Positions 39,776 to 51,616 of a DNA stretch of 64,000 nucleotides are shown here, one piece after another. Position 1 is the first letter of the stretch. Each line of letters opens with the position of its first letter. Where the stretch lies: the NCBI GenBank assembly GCA_963664705.1, contig OY761556.1:2048001-2112000 (forward strand). Reading direction: 5' to 3'. Source of the DNA: Acidobacteriota bacterium (GTDB lineage Bacteria > Acidobacteriota > UBA6911). A program made the position numbers and the translations under genes. The notes under the pieces are model-generated. The model did not search any database. It was given only the letters and a program-made list of their open reading frames with translations, and was not told where the DNA came from.

Positions 39776-40720
39776 CTATAGTTCCGGCAGCGGCTCCGTG
39801 GACTTTGCGGCCAGATCCTCAAAGTAAGAGAGCTGCCTGAACTCGCGGTAGCGCTGTTCAATCTCAGGAAACGTGAGATTCCCCAGATTGTAGGGGCCAA
39901 AATCCATAATATTGAAAGATGCCATGACGGTTCCAAAAACAACCGCCTTTCGCAAGGCCGCATCGTCATGAGTGCCGCAGGCTGCAAGGTAACCCATCAG
40001 CCCGCCGGCAAACGAATCCCCTGCCCCCGTCGGATCCGTCACTTCCTCCATCGGGAAAGCGGGAATACTGAAGATGGACTTGCCGCAAAACATCAGCACA
40101 CCATGCTCGCCCCTCTTCATCACGAGAATCTTGGGTCCCATTGTCAGTACACGCTTTGCCGCCCGGATCAGATTGGATTCTTCCGCAAGCTGACGCGTTT
40201 CCTCATCGTTGATCACCAGGAGATCGATCATTGAGAGGGTGTTCAAAAGCGATTTGCGCTTGCTCTCTATCCAGTAATTCATCGTATCGCAACCGACGAG
40301 CTTGGGGCGCTTTGTCATCTGCTCCAGCACGGATCGCTGCAGATCAGGATCGATATTGCCCAGGAACAGGTATTCCTGCGCCCGATGCGCGCTCATCAAT
40401 TTCGGAGTGAAATCAGCAAAGACATTGAGCTGCGTATCCAGGGTTGTACGGGAATTGAGATCGATTCCATACTCCCCCTTCCATCGAAACGTTCGCCCGA
40501 CCTTTCGCTCCATCCCGGAAATATCGATCCCTTTCTTTTGCAGAAAAGAAACATGCGTCTCCGGAAAATCTTCGCCGACCACAGCCACAATGCCGACTTC
40601 CGTGAAATAGCTTGCCGCGATGCTGAAATACGTTGCGGCGCCCCCCAGGACCTCGTCTCTGCTTCCCGTGGGAGTCTTGACGGAATCGAACGCAACCGAA
40701 CCGACAACCAGAATGCCCAT
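39776..40720 (-). CDS. PfkB-family carbohydrate kinase
   Basis: GSVAFD, LGGAATY, DPTGAGDSFAGG. Confidence 0.92.
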   Translation of the reverse strand: MGILVVGSVAFDSVKTPTGSRDEVLGGAATYFSIAASYFTEVGIVAVVGEDFPETHVSFLQKKGIDISGMERKVGRTFRWKGEYGIDLNSRTTLDTQLNVFADFTPKLMSAHRAQEYLFLGNIDPDLQRSVLEQMTKRPKLVGCDTMNYWIESKRKSLLNTLSMIDLLVINDEETRQLAEESNLIRAAKRVLTMGPKILVMKRGEHGVLMFCGKSIFSIPAFPMEEVTDPTGAGDSFAGGLMGYLAACGTHDDAALRKAVVFGTVMASFNIMDFGPYNLGNLTFPEIEQRYREFRQLSYFEDLAAKSTEPLPEL

Positions 40721-40760
40721 CCTTATCTCCTACCGCGCCTTCTTTCGCGCACTACAAAGC

Positions 40761-41621
40761 CTATAGATACTTACCCACGATGCAATTCAGCCGGCTTTTT
40801 GTTTCTTCCGGAATCCGCGTCTTATCCGTGATCAACGCATATTTCAGCGCTTCGCCGCACTGGCATTTTCTCGATTGATTCATATCCTTGACAGTCTGCA
40901 GAATAATCGCCTGGGCGGCCTGAACGTTTTTCTGAAGATTGGAAACAATCATGTCCACACTGACCGTTTCGTGGGATTCATGCCAGCAGTCGTAATCCGT
41001 TACAAGCGCGATGGTGACATAACAGATTTCGGCCTCCCGAGCCAGCTTGGCCTCCTGCAGGTTTGTCATTCCGATGACATCCATTCCCCAGCTGCGGTAC
41101 AGATTGGACTCTGCCTTTGTCGAAAATGCGGGCCCTTCCATGCAAACGTACGTTCCTCCCTTTTTTGAAGGGATCCCGGCTTTGTGTGCCGCGGTATTGA
41201 CCTGTTCCAGGAGATCCGGGCATACGGGATCGCCAAACGCAATGTGCGCAACAAGGCCATTGCCGAAAAAGGTCGAGATCCGGCCACGTGTTCGATCGAG
41301 GAACTGATCCGGCAGGACAATATCCAGAGGGGCCAACTCTTTCTTCAGCGAGCCCACCGCGCTAACTGAGAGAATTCTCTCCACGCCCAGGGCTTTCATT
41401 GCATAGATGTTTGCGCGGAAGTTCAATTCGGATGGCATAAACCGGTGTCCCCGTCCGTGCCTGGCAAGGAAGGCAACCTTCTGTCCAGAAAGCGTGCCGA
41501 TAATGAACCGGTCGCTGGGAGCACCGAAGGGAGTATCCACATCCATTTCGCTGCGTTCCGTCAACCCCGGCATGTCATATAATCCGCTACCACCGATGAT
41601 ACCGATCTTGATCTTTTCCAT
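40761..41621 (-). CDS. mtnP: S-methyl-5'-thioadenosine phosphorylase
   Basis: [36 protein letters not shown]. Confidence 0.93.
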   Translation of the reverse strand: MEKIKIGIIGGSGLYDMPGLTERSEMDVDTPFGAPSDRFIIGTLSGQKVAFLARHGRGHRFMPSELNFRANIYAMKALGVERILSVSAVGSLKKELAPLDIVLPDQFLDRTRGRISTFFGNGLVAHIAFGDPVCPDLLEQVNTAAHKAGIPSKKGGTYVCMEGPAFSTKAESNLYRSWGMDVIGMTNLQEAKLAREAEICYVTIALVTDYDCWHESHETVSVDMIVSNLQKNVQAAQAIILQTVKDMNQSRKCQCGEALKYALITDKTRIPEETKSRLNCIVGKYL

Positions 41622-41755
41622 GGTTCTTATCTCGAATTTGGCTATTTCACTTTTATTGAACGACTGTCGACTTATGATTTTCCCGCGCATCTTAGCAGTA
41701 CAGATCGAATTTGGAAAGAAAACCATCTCGATGAAGCACGACTCTCTGCCGGGTC

Positions 41756-42721
41756 TTATCCGTCATCCACAGTCTGACATTGCAGTCGAATTATTTCTTC
41801 CGCCGCGGTAAAAGGATCGGTTTTACGGTCAACGAGCATCCGTGCAAGTTCCTGAATCCGCGCGGCATTGTGTTTATCATTGAGAAGATTCCATCGCGCC
41901 TGCGTGCAAGCCAATTCGAGCAGCCGCTCTTTTTGCGCCTCAATTCTCTGCTCGCGCCTCAAGGCAGAGTTCTGTGAAAATTCCCGAAATGCTTCGATGG
42001 CACGGAGGCACTCGCGAACCCCTACTCCTTCCGAAGCGATCGTCCGAACAACCCCGGGAGTCCAATGGTCTCCGCGCGCACTCATCGACAGCAGCGCCTT
42101 TACTTCCGACTCCACCCGGTCCGCACCGGCATGATCGGATTTGTTTATAACGAAAAGATCGGCAATTTCCATGATCCCCGCCTTCATCATCTGCACATCA
42201 TCTCCCATGCCGGGGACCAGCAGCACTAATGCCATGTCCGCAATTTTGGCGACCTCGACTTCTCCCTGCCCTACTCCAACGGTCTCCAGGAGAATGACAT
42301 CGAACCCGGCCGCATCCAAAACCATCATGGCATCGGATGTCGTGCTCGCGAGGCCACCCATGTGGCCACGCGTTGCCATACTCCGGATGAACGTGCCCGG
42401 ATCAAGACTGCGGGATTGCATTCGGATCCGATCGCCGAGAATCGCGCCGCCGGTAAAGGGACTGGTGGGATCCACCGCAATAATTCCCACTTTCTTACCT
42501 TCAGCCCGATAGGTTTCGGCAAGCCTGTCCACGAGAGTGCTTTTGCCCGCCCCTGGAGCGCCTGTAATCCCTATCGACAGACCTCGCCCGGTGTGGGGAT
42601 AGAGTTCGCGCAGGATAGGAATAACTTCGGGAGATCGGTTCTCAACCAATGTCAAAAACCGCGCAACGGTTCGGAAATCACACGTCAGGATTCGATCGAT
42701 CACTTCACGTTGAGCCTGCAT
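41756..42721 (-). CDS. meaB: Methylmalonyl-CoA mutase-associated GTPase
   Basis: [43 protein letters not shown]. Confidence 0.95.
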   Translation of the reverse strand: MQAQREVIDRILTCDFRTVARFLTLVENRSPEVIPILRELYPHTGRGLSIGITGAPGAGKSTLVDRLAETYRAEGKKVGIIAVDPTSPFTGGAILGDRIRMQSRSLDPGTFIRSMATRGHMGGLASTTSDAMMVLDAAGFDVILLETVGVGQGEVEVAKIADMALVLLVPGMGDDVQMMKAGIMEIADLFVINKSDHAGADRVESEVKALLSMSARGDHWTPGVVRTIASEGVGVRECLRAIEAFREFSQNSALRREQRIEAQKERLLELACTQARWNLLNDKHNAARIQELARMLVDRKTDPFTAAEEIIRLQCQTVDDG

Positions 42722-42769
42722 TTCAGATGCTTTGCTTCCTCGGCTTGAGAAGTAGCGGTTTCTCCAGAC

Positions 42770-43912
42770 CTATTCAAGGATCTCTCTCGCGATGACCATT
42801 CGCTGAATTTCGCTCGTACCTTCTCCAATGGTGCACAATTTTGCATCCCGATAGAACTTTTCCACCGGGAAGTCCTTGATAAATCCATACCCGCCGTGAA
42901 TCTGAACCGCCTCATTGGCCACGCGCACGGCAACCTCACTGGAGAAGAGCTTTGCCATTGACGATTCCTTCGAGGTCTTCTTCCCTTCCTGTTTCAGAAT
43001 CGCGGCACGCTCCGTCAACAATCTGGCCGCTTCAATCTCGGTTGCCATATCCGCAAGTTTGAAGCGTATTGCCTGAAATTGCGCGATCGATTTGCCAAAT
43101 TGCTCCCGCTCTTTTGCATAGCGCAAGGCATTTTCATATGCCCCTTGTGCAATCCCCACACCGAGCGCAGCAATCGATATGCGGCCGCCATCGAGAACCT
43201 TCATGCAGTCGCGGAAGGCCGAACCCTCCTGCCCCAACAGGCTATTCACGGGAATGCGACAATCATCCAGCAGGATGCTTGCAGTATCGCTCGCACGCAT
43301 GCCGAGCTTGTTTTCTTTTTTGCCGATGGAAAGCCCCGGCCTTTCCCGTTCGACGATGAAAGCGGAAATTTCCTTTTTCCGGGGATTCGTCATCGCCATG
43401 ACGACGTAGGTTCCCGCCACCGACGCATTGGTTGTAAAATGCTTGGAGCCATTCAGCACATAAGAATCCCCATCGCGAACAGCCGTCGTTTTCATGCCGC
43501 TCGCATCGCTTCCCGATCCCGCCTCTGTAATCCCCCAGGCCCCGAGCTTCCTTCCGGAAGCCAGGTCAGGCAGGTATCGGCGTTTCTGCTCCGCGGTACC
43601 GAACAGAAAAATATGATTTGAGCACAGGGAGTTGTGAGCGGCTACAAAAAGACCGACCGAGCCGTCGATCCTTGCAAGCTCCTCAATAACGACAATGTAC
43701 TCGGGATAGGAAAGCCCAGCACCGCCGAACTCGGGAGGAATAATCGCGCCCAGGATTCCCATTTCTCCAAGCCTGGACACGATCTCCATTGGGAAATGCT
43801 GCGCTTCATCCCATTCGAGGACATGGGAAGCGATCTCTCCTTCGGCAAATTCCCGAATCGAATTGCGTAAAATGCGGTTCTCTTCCATCGCATCAGAAAC
43901 CATCAGGCTCAT
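42770..43912 (-). CDS. Acyl-CoA dehydrogenase
   Basis: [39 protein letters not shown]. Confidence 0.95.
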   Translation of the reverse strand: MSLMVSDAMEENRILRNSIREFAEGEIASHVLEWDEAQHFPMEIVSRLGEMGILGAIIPPEFGGAGLSYPEYIVVIEELARIDGSVGLFVAAHNSLCSNHIFLFGTAEQKRRYLPDLASGRKLGAWGITEAGSGSDASGMKTTAVRDGDSYVLNGSKHFTTNASVAGTYVVMAMTNPRKKEISAFIVERERPGLSIGKKENKLGMRASDTASILLDDCRIPVNSLLGQEGSAFRDCMKVLDGGRISIAALGVGIAQGAYENALRYAKEREQFGKSIAQFQAIRFKLADMATEIEAARLLTERAAILKQEGKKTSKESSMAKLFSSEVAVRVANEAVQIHGGYGFIKDFPVEKFYRDAKLCTIGEGTSEIQRMVIAREILE

Positions 43913-44949
43913 GCTCCAAATATTTGCTTAAATTTATCGGCAGCCTGGATGATTTGATCGCGATTTACATCATTATGCGTTACCAGTCGAATCCTGGCTG
44001 AATCCAACAGGGACACCCAAACGCCATGCTCTTTCAGAACTGCCGCCACATTTTCGCTCGTTTGACCGGTTCTCTTGACACCAACCATTAGTATGTTGGT
44101 ACGGACCTTTTCCGGTTCAACATCCAGCACCGCTATTTCTGACAGCAGTTCGGCCATTAAGCGCGCATTCCCATGATCCTCCGCGAGACGCGCCGGCATT
44201 TTTTCAAGAGAAATCAATCCGGCGGCCGCGAGCACACCCACTTGTCGCATTCCGCCGCCCAGCATTTTCCGAACACAACGCGACTGTTCAATAAATTCGG
44301 CAGATCCGACGAGCATTGAGCCAACCGGTGCTGCCAATCCCTTGGATAGACAAAACATGATGGAATCACACTTCGCGGTAAGGCTCGCGACATCCGTTCC
44401 AAGCGCCGTCGCGGCATTGAAAATGCGCGCTCCATCCAGGTGAACCGGAAGTTTGACATCGTGCGCATGGTCGCAGATGTCATCGATTTGGGATTTCTCA
44501 TACAGCGATCCGCCGGCCATGTTGTGCGTATTCTCCAAAGCAATCAACCCCGTCTGCGCCCTGTAATAAATTTTCGGGCGAATTGCAGCCTGAATCCTCT
44601 TCCAATCGAGGATCCCATCCGCCGTCGGAACCGGTCGCGCCAGCACGCCGCTGACTGCCGCCATGGCGGCCATTTCAAATTCGAATATATGCGCGTGGCC
44701 TTCAGTGATCACTTCCTGCCCCGGCTTGGTATGCACATTGATTGCAATCTGATTCCCCATGGTTCCGGAGGGAACAAATAGGGCCGCCTCCTTTCCAAAA
44801 ATAGCCGCAGCCCGCTCCTGCAGGCGGTTTACCGTGGGGTCACCCAGAAATACATCATCTCCCACCTCCGCGGATGCCATTGCGGCGCGCATTTCGGGAG
44901 TTGGCTTTGTAACCGTGTCACTTCTCAGATCGATAGCATTGATGTTCAT
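43909..44949 (-). CDS. ltaE: Low-specificity L-threonine aldolase
   Basis: [35 protein letters not shown]. Confidence 0.93.
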   Translation of the reverse strand: MNINAIDLRSDTVTKPTPEMRAAMASAEVGDDVFLGDPTVNRLQERAAAIFGKEAALFVPSGTMGNQIAINVHTKPGQEVITEGHAHIFEFEMAAMAAVSGVLARPVPTADGILDWKRIQAAIRPKIYYRAQTGLIALENTHNMAGGSLYEKSQIDDICDHAHDVKLPVHLDGARIFNAATALGTDVASLTAKCDSIMFCLSKGLAAPVGSMLVGSAEFIEQSRCVRKMLGGGMRQVGVLAAAGLISLEKMPARLAEDHGNARLMAELLSEIAVLDVEPEKVRTNILMVGVKRTGQTSENVAAVLKEHGVWVSLLDSARIRLVTHNDVNRDQIIQAADKFKQIFGA

Positions 44950-44955
44950 AGCGAG

Positions 44956-46089
44956 TCAGATAAACAGTTGAAATATTTCGTTGGAGAGCAGCATGCCTGA
45001 TTCCGTAAGACGTATCCTCGAGCCGTTCCGCTCGATCAACCCTCTTGTTGAGAGATCCTGCAAGCCAGGTTCAAATGGTGACAGACTGTCGGCGTCGTAT
45101 TCTTTCATCAACAGTTCCCAATCGACACCCTGTCGAAGACGTAACCCTAAAAACAGAGATTCCGAAAGCGATTGACGTTCGGAAACAACCTCTCGCCACC
45201 CAACCGGACTTTCGCCGGCCAACACCGATTCCGTATAGCGTTCAAGTTGCGCATGATTGCTATATCTGGACGCACCATCAAAAGAATGGCTGCCGACGCC
45301 GAATCCATAAACCGGCCCGCGCTTCCAGTATTTCATGTTATGGCGGCAGATGTGGCCATCTTTTGCAAAGTTGCTGATTTCGTACTGACGCAATCCCCTG
45401 GATTCCAAAAACTCGATCGTTTCCAGGTAAAGGTCGGATACAAAATCCTCCTCAGGCAGACTCACAATGCCGGATTCTACCAACCCTTTCATTGGGCAAT
45501 CATCGTCCAGATCCAGCATATAAACGGAGAGGTGTGGAATGCCAAGAGCAATCACCAATTGCAGATTCTGTCGCCAGCTTTCCACGGTCTGACCCGGCAG
45601 GCCCAGCATCAGGTCGAGGTTAATATTTGAGAATCCGCCCTTTCGCAACTGGATAATTGATCTCTCGATCATCTCCGCATTGTGTACCCGTCCAATGGAT
45701 TTCAGTTCTTCGTTGCAGAAAGACTGCGCCCCCAGAGATATGCGATTAATGCCCGAACGCCGATAGGCGTCCACCTTCTCCCCCGAAAGAGTGCCCGGGT
45801 TTGCTTCCAGGGAAATTTCACAATCCTTCGTTACCTGGAACAGAAGCCTGCAGGAGTTGAGAATTTGTTCTATATGGTGCTCAGGAATCAGGCTGGGCGT
45901 CCCCCCGCCAAAATAAATCGAGTCCACGACCCATTGAGTACTCCCGGGATCGGTGTGCCGCTCCAGTTCGAGAAGAATGGCCCGCTGATAACGCTCCTCG
46001 TCCGACTGGATCCAGGGCCTGCTTATGAAGTGGCAATAGCTGCATTTGGATCGGCAGAATGGAATATGGAAATAAATCCCGCGAGTCAA
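44956..46089 (-). CDS. hemW: Radical SAM heme chaperone HemW
   Basis: [34 protein letters not shown]. Confidence 0.92.
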   Translation of the reverse strand: MTRGIYFHIPFCRSKCSYCHFISRPWIQSDEERYQRAILLELERHTDPGSTQWVVDSIYFGGGTPSLIPEHHIEQILNSCRLLFQVTKDCEISLEANPGTLSGEKVDAYRRSGINRISLGAQSFCNEELKSIGRVHNAEMIERSIIQLRKGGFSNINLDLMLGLPGQTVESWRQNLQLVIALGIPHLSVYMLDLDDDCPMKGLVESGIVSLPEEDFVSDLYLETIEFLESRGLRQYEISNFAKDGHICRHNMKYWKRGPVYGFGVGSHSFDGASRYSNHAQLERYTESVLAGESPVGWREVVSERQSLSESLFLGLRLRQGVDWELLMKEYDADSLSPFEPGLQDLSTRGLIERNGSRIRLTESGMLLSNEIFQLFI

Positions 46090-46149
46090 AGTGTCCTATC
46101 CGTTTCCCCCCGCCGGCAATATTGCCAATGGGAGAAGTCAGTGCCGGGT

Positions 46150-46755
46150 TCACGCTGAAGCAGCACCCAGGAGCGTGTCGAGCAAAATAAATTCAACCCC
46201 CGCCTGACGCATTTCCTCGAGAGCTTCCTTTTCCGTTTTTGGAGACAGCCCCTTTGCGGCATCGGTGACCAGCGCCACCGGCACACCCGCACGGCGAATG
46301 CCCAGGCATGCAAGTTTCACACAATACTCTGTGGCCACCCCGAAAACGATCGCATGCGGGGGCAAAACGCGCAACAGTCGCTCGGATACCGGGTTGGTGA
46401 ACATATCCAGAGCCTGCTTTTCAATGATGATCTGCTGATGCTTTCTCAAGGCGTCCATCAAATTGCGATCCGCAGGTTTGTTCGCGATGACAAGCGGTCG
46501 AGGCAACAGAGTCTCATCAAGTTTTCGTTGCCCATCTGTTCCAGCTACGCAATGAGGCGGAAATTGCGCAAATTCCGGATCGGCCGCCACGTGCGCATCC
46601 GTGGTGGAAAGTATCGATATTTGATTTTTCTTTGCGAAATCAAAGAGCCGGCGCAGTTTTGGAATAATTCGCTCTGCTCCGGGGACATAGAGGGAGCCCG
46701 TTGAGAGCATAAAATCACGCTGCGTATCCACATCCACAAAAAAGATATTCTTCAT
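46150..46755 (-). CDS. Isochorismatase/nicotinamidase-family cysteine hydrolase
   Basis: VDVDTQRDF, DAH, FPPHC, K, GVATEYCV catalytic motifs. Confidence 0.9.
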   Translation of the reverse strand: MKNIFFVDVDTQRDFMLSTGSLYVPGAERIIPKLRRLFDFAKKNQISILSTTDAHVAADPEFAQFPPHCVAGTDGQRKLDETLLPRPLVIANKPADRNLMDALRKHQQIIIEKQALDMFTNPVSERLLRVLPPHAIVFGVATEYCVKLACLGIRRAGVPVALVTDAAKGLSPKTEKEALEEMRQAGVEFILLDTLLGAASA

Positions 46756-47012
46756 CCCCCTATTATACATCTTCCCGGGACGTACCAAGGCAGGTTGAAT
46801 GGAATCAATAGTTATGGAAAAAGAACGCCCGCGATAGAGCCTTGGAATTTGTTTCTGCCAGCATTTTCAATTCTAGCGAGGATAGGCGGGGACCCAATCC
46901 AAAGACGGGGTTGGAAAATGAAAAGCAGCCCTAGAATGCGCCAGGGACCTCTCTTAAGCGCTTCGGTGCAATATATCATCCGTCCAAGCCGGGCGATCAC
47001 CAGCCGAATAGA

Positions 47013-48002
47013 TTACCTGGATGAAATAAAGGGAATTGCGTCGCTTCGAGATTGAATTTCATGGAGCGGGCGGATGCCCGATCGGGCGCCGAGATAACCG
47101 CAGCTTAAACCGGCGGCAACATTTGCAAACCGCATGATCTGCTCCAGGGGCCAGTTCTGAAGAAGCCCATAGAGGAAACCTCCGTGGAAAATGTCTCCCG
47201 CGCCCGTTGTGTCGACGGCATCCACCTTCAAGCCAGGGAATGTCACACACTGATCGTCAATCCAGGTCAATGCCCCGCCGGATCCAACCGTTACGGCCAG
47301 AAAACCGCTAAAGCATTTACGAAGCTCCCGCAAGGCTCGCGCCGGGTCGTCTATTCCGGTGAACTCCACAGGGAAATTTGAGCTGACGATAAGAAAGTCA
47401 ATTTTCTCAATCAATTTCTCACAGTTGGGAAAGGCCTTGTCCAGATCAATACTGACCGGGATCCCCTCTTCCTGGCACCATGCGGCTGCCGCTGCTGATC
47501 CCTCCATGTCATACCCATCGAGATGCAGAATCCGGCCGGCGCAGACGTCACTCCGGATCAGTTCAGAGGCCTGGAAATCCAATCCGCTCTTCCTTTGAGA
47601 GAGAATTGTCCTTTCCCCGCTGTCTTTTTCGACGACAATGACCGCGAACTGATTCTCGGCCTTCTCTTCAACTATTACCGATGAAATATCGATCGATTCA
47701 GTAACAAAGCTCTCCAGCGAGAACCGGCCGATCTCATCTCCCCCCACTTTTCCTATATATTTGGTCTTCAGCCCCATGCGTGCCAGAAATGTCAGGGCTG
47801 TTGCCACCTGCCCGCCGGCAAGCCTGGAATATTGCAGAATTTCCGTTTTGGATTGAAGCGCGGGGAATTTTTGTACAATGCAAAGGTGATCGACCGAATT
47901 CGTGCCAAAACCCACGACATCAAATCGCCGGGATCGGGAAAACTCAAGATCAAATCGGTGCGACGATGTCCTGGGCTGAATCACTTTCATGCCATCGATC
48001 AT
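47013..48002 (-). CDS. PfkB-family carbohydrate kinase
   Basis: GGQVATA, GKVGGD, DTTGAGDIFHGG. Confidence 0.92.
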   Translation of the reverse strand: MIDGMKVIQPRTSSHRFDLEFSRSRRFDVVGFGTNSVDHLCIVQKFPALQSKTEILQYSRLAGGQVATALTFLARMGLKTKYIGKVGGDEIGRFSLESFVTESIDISSVIVEEKAENQFAVIVVEKDSGERTILSQRKSGLDFQASELIRSDVCAGRILHLDGYDMEGSAAAAAWCQEEGIPVSIDLDKAFPNCEKLIEKIDFLIVSSNFPVEFTGIDDPARALRELRKCFSGFLAVTVGSGGALTWIDDQCVTFPGLKVDAVDTTGAGDIFHGGFLYGLLQNWPLEQIMRFANVAAGLSCGYLGARSGIRPLHEIQSRSDAIPFISSR

Positions 48003-48020
48003 ACTGCATGAGTCAGAAAT

Positions 48021-48677
48021 TCAGGAGTCCGAAGTCTGAATTTCCGATCCGGGCATTCTTCCCGCATTCACCAGGCCTGCATCCGCAAAACTATAATAGT
48101 CATCATAGCCAAAGACGATGTGGTCCAAAACTCTGATGCCGAGGATTTGCCCGGCATGAACCAGTCGCTGGGTACAGTCTCTGTCCTCCCGGCTTGGTGC
48201 AGGATCGCCAGATGGATGATTGTGAATGAAGATTAGAGATGCCGTACTATCCCGGACAGCCGGAGCAAATACTTCCCGTGGATGCACCACCGAGGTGCTC
48301 AGGCTCCCGATCGACACAAGCACTTCCCGGATAAGTTGGTTCTTTGAATTGAGATGCAGCGAAAAGAAATGCTCCTTGTTGGCGCTAAAAAAGCGTGCGC
48401 GGTATCGGTGATACAGCTCGCGGCTGTTGCAGAATCGCTCTCCGGCGCGCAATGGCACAGAACAAACCTGGCGCCCCAGTTGAAGGGAGGCGTAGAGGGA
48501 CATCGCTTGCCGCTCGGATAGTTTTCCAGCCTGGCGCATTTCCTCCTGCGTTGCCTGCGCGAGCGCCTGCGCCGAACCGAAATGCTGCAGCAATCTTTGC
48601 GATGCAGCATAGGAAGCCTGGCTCGAATGACCTCTTCCGAGAACGTCTGTAAGCAGATCGATGATTTCAGAAGCCAT
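48021..48677 (-). CDS. radC: RadC-family JAB domain protein
   Basis: VHPREVF, HNHPSGDPAPSRED, LDHIV. Confidence 0.9.
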   Translation of the reverse strand: MASEIIDLLTDVLGRGHSSQASYAASQRLLQHFGSAQALAQATQEEMRQAGKLSERQAMSLYASLQLGRQVCSVPLRAGERFCNSRELYHRYRARFFSANKEHFFSLHLNSKNQLIREVLVSIGSLSTSVVHPREVFAPAVRDSTASLIFIHNHPSGDPAPSREDRDCTQRLVHAGQILGIRVLDHIVFGYDDYYSFADAGLVNAGRMPGSEIQTSDS

Positions 48678-48715
48678 ATGTTCAAATGACGAAGGACGAA
48701 TGACGAATGGCGACT

Positions 48716-48745
48716 TGAGCAAAAAGGCCGTTCCCTTTTTGCTCA
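48716..48745. terminator. Hairpin between fabG and radC (possible terminator)
   Basis: TGAGCAAAAAGG-ccgttc-CCTTTTTGCTCA, perfect 12-bp inverted repeat. Confidence 0.5.
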
Positions 48746-48812
48746 TACATCTAATGCAGAGTTTGGAAGAAGTGCCAAGAAAAAGATGGGAGCATGCGGC
48801 CAAACTTCGTAA

Positions 48813-49556
48813 TTACATTGCAAGGCCGCCGTCAGCCTGGAGGACCTGGCCGGTGATATAGCGGGATTCTTCAGAAAGCAGAAATGCCGCAATCCGGGCC
48901 ACCTCTCCGGTGGAACCAAATCGGCCCAAAGGTATATTTTGCTGCATCGAAGAGCGATATTCGTCCGAAAGTCCTTGGGTCATCTCTGTATCAATGACTC
49001 CCAACGCGAGCGCGTTCACGGTAATCCCGCGTCCAGCCAGTTCCCGGGCCAAAGCCTTGGTCATTCCAATCATCCCCGCCTTGGAGGCAGAATAATTCAC
49101 CTGACCGGACATGCCCCTGATTCCGCTTACCGAGGTTATGTTGAGAATGGATCCGGTGCGTGCCCGAATCATGATCGGAGCGACCGCCTTGGAAAAACTG
49201 AACGCTCCTTTCAGATTCGTGTCGATAACGTCGTCCCAGTCCTTTTCATGCATGCGCAGGATCAGTTTGTCACGAACGATTCCGGCATTGTTCACAAGAT
49301 AATCGACACCACCGAATCGCTCCTTCACCTGCTGAACCATGGTCTCCGCTGCCGTGAAATCCTCCGCATTTGCCTTGAAGGCCTCTGCCTTGCGGCCTGA
49401 TCCTTTCAATTCAGCCAAAAGACTCTCCGCGTCACTACTGCTTTTCCAGTAACTGAACGCCACATTGCAGCCTCTGGCCGCAAGTTCGAGGCAAATCGCC
49501 CGCCCGATACCCCGGCTCCCCCCCGTTATAATTGCCGTTCGATTTTCAAAGCTCAC
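48813..49556 (-). CDS. fabG: 3-oxoacyl-ACP reductase (SDR family)
   Basis: TGGSRGIG, NNAGI, YSASK; GTG start at 49556 with AGAGGGA SD. Confidence 0.88.
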   Translation of the reverse strand: MSFENRTAIITGGSRGIGRAICLELAARGCNVAFSYWKSSSDAESLLAELKGSGRKAEAFKANAEDFTAAETMVQQVKERFGGVDYLVNNAGIVRDKLILRMHEKDWDDVIDTNLKGAFSFSKAVAPIMIRARTGSILNITSVSGIRGMSGQVNYSASKAGMIGMTKALARELAGRGITVNALALGVIDTEMTQGLSDEYRSSMQQNIPLGRFGSTGEVARIAAFLLSEESRYITGQVLQADGGLAM

Positions 49557-49605
49557 TGCGGTCCCTCTGCGTTGCCCTGTGCAGGTGTATTCGATCTGTT
49601 CCGTA

Positions 49606-50664
49606 TTAAGCCAGTTCCCGAATGCGCTGACACACTGCATTCCCGGCTTCGACTGTCCCGAGTTGCCCACCGATATCCGGGGTGCATTCATCCTCACGAA
49701 TGCATTCCCGTATCGCCGCCTCGATCAGAATTCCCTCGGCCTTGTATCCCAGGTGATCCAGCAGCATTTGAAGTGAGAGAATGGCGGCAAACGGATTGGC
49801 CAGATTCCTTCCCGCATATTTCGGGGCCGAACCATGCACGGGCTCAAACATGCAAGTTCCTTTGGGGTTCACATTGCCCGATGCTGCTATTCCGAGTCCC
49901 CCCTGCAGCTGCGCGCCCAGGTCTGTGATGATGTCTCCGAACATATTGCTGGTAACGATAACCTCGAACCTTGATGGTTCTCGAATCAGCGCCATGGCCA
50001 GCGCATCGATATAGAGGTGTTCCGATTCTATCTGCGGATACCGCGCGGCTACTTCGACAAAGATCCTCTGCCACAGATCCCCGGTAAAACGAAGCGCATT
50101 GCTTTTGTCCGACATCGTCACGCGCTTGAGCTTATTGCTCACCGCGAACCGGAAGCCGGCATCCAGAATGCGCTCAACCCCCTTGCGAGTGGCAACGCTT
50201 TCCTGGATAGCCATTTCGTCCGGAGTGTCCTTCTTGAAGGTTCCACCAATCCCGACATACAAGTCTTCGGTATTTTCGCGGAATACTGTGAAATCCACGT
50301 CGCTTTCCACGGCCCCCTTCAACGGGCACAGTCTTCGATCCAAGAGCTTTACTGTCCGAATGTTTGCATATAGATCCAGCCCGAAACGGATACCAAACAG
50401 GATATCCACCGCGTGCTTCATGTCCGGAATTCGCGGGTCTCCCAGCGCGCCCAGCAGAATAGCATCAAATTCAGAACGAAATTGATCCAATGCCTCGGGA
50501 GGGAGTGCCACGCCCTCTCTCAGGTAGCGTTCTGCGCCATAGTCAAAGGCCACCGTCTCAATCTTCTTCCCTGATAAATCCGTCAGGGTGCGCAACACCT
50601 TCAATGCTTCCGCGACAACTTCGACACCGATACCATCGCCGGGTATAACCGCTATGCGCGTCAT
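49606..50664 (-). CDS. leuB: 3-isopropylmalate dehydrogenase (isocitrate/isopropylmalate/tartrate dehydrogenase family)
   Basis: [32 protein letters not shown]. Confidence 0.75.
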   Translation of the reverse strand: MTRIAVIPGDGIGVEVVAEALKVLRTLTDLSGKKIETVAFDYGAERYLREGVALPPEALDQFRSEFDAILLGALGDPRIPDMKHAVDILFGIRFGLDLYANIRTVKLLDRRLCPLKGAVESDVDFTVFRENTEDLYVGIGGTFKKDTPDEMAIQESVATRKGVERILDAGFRFAVSNKLKRVTMSDKSNALRFTGDLWQRIFVEVAARYPQIESEHLYIDALAMALIREPSRFEVIVTSNMFGDIITDLGAQLQGGLGIAASGNVNPKGTCMFEPVHGSAPKYAGRNLANPFAAILSLQMLLDHLGYKAEGILIEAAIRECIREDECTPDIGGQLGTVEAGNAVCQRIRELA

Positions 50665-50782
50665 AGGTACCTCTCAAGATAAGGCTTCGACACAAGGAAA
50701 GAGGTCAGGGAGGAAAGTCTGCGTGCAATCAGGGCGCGGTATGAATTCATGACCATGCCTGCCGCTCCGGACCAGTCGGCTG

Positions 50783-50956
50783 CTAAAACGGGAAGGGATA
50801 CATCAGCCATCCGGCCACAAAGGAAAGGACAATAAAGGATCCGAAGAGAACCAGAAAATACCGCAGCCGCTCTTCGGACTCACTCTTTCCAATATACGAC
50901 AGAACGAGAGAGGTCAGAATGCTGAAAATAAACATTAATACGAAATGATTTTTCAT
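50783..50956 (-). CDS. Small two-TM membrane protein, 57 aa (absent from ORF track)
   Basis: MKNHFVLMFIFSILTSLVLSYIGKSESEERLRYFLVLFGSFIVLSFVAGWLMYPFPF; ATGA overlap with the upstream gene. Confidence 0.75.
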   Translation of the reverse strand: MKNHFVLMFIFSILTSLVLSYIGKSESEERLRYFLVLFGSFIVLSFVAGWLMYPFPF

Positions 50957-51381
50957 CGCTTTCTGCCAAGCGCTATATCAAAGATATCAACAACGACAAG
51001 CATATTCAGGAGACCCGCAACATAAATAAAAACATTGGCGTAATCAAAGGTATACGCCGTCGGATCTCCCACTCCGGCACCCTTCAGCCAGGGGATCCAA
51101 TACAAAAGCCCGGATCCCGCTTCGGCCAGGAACTTCAGCGTTGAAAACAAATCCCCGAATTCTGGGCCAACCAGCTTCCCCTGCAGCTGAATACCAAGAA
51201 CCAGCATAATAGTAATGCTGCCGAAGAAGACGGCGGCTCGATCCCACTTTCGCAGGATCGCATGCCCAATTCCAGGGATGAAATACCCCGACATACAGGC
51301 AACGATCGTCAACACCAATCCTGCCTGAGGATAAATGGGTTGAGCACCTGCGGTTCCATCAGGGATCTCTTGCGTTTCCAT
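50953..51381 (-). CDS. Membrane protein (DUF6677-like)
   Basis: IPGIGH, AGLLN.L...D..D motifs; hydrophobic; family name recalled, not searched. Confidence 0.7.
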   Translation of the reverse strand: METQEIPDGTAGAQPIYPQAGLVLTIVACMSGYFIPGIGHAILRKWDRAAVFFGSITIMLVLGIQLQGKLVGPEFGDLFSTLKFLAEAGSGLLYWIPWLKGAGVGDPTAYTFDYANVFIYVAGLLNMLVVVDIFDIALGRKR

Positions 51382-51616
51382 AGGTAGGCAATCTTACGGG
51401 AAGGAGATGGGGCAGTCAAGTGAAAGCCCTTTGATAACAATGGATTCGCCCGCTCTCGCGGATTTTTTCGGCGAGCGATTGCAAAAGCTATTGTTCTCCG
51501 GTCTGTCAGCCGATAGCGATAATCGAGACATTGCAACTCAATTGGAACCTGACCGCGCCGGTTGGCCGGGCTGCAACCAATGAAGTATTTTTGGACAATA
51601 CTTCCAAAGGACATGT

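Noticed and set aside
48730-48744. GTTC-N7-GCTC as a LexA box before radC
   Set aside because: It has one mismatch, is fully explained by the hairpin it sits in, and I saw no matching box before other repair genes.
51540-51606. Two hairpins before pilT as a c-di-GMP riboswitch or sigma-54 promoter
   Set aside because: The motif order does not fit either riboswitch class and the GG-GC spacing is not N10.
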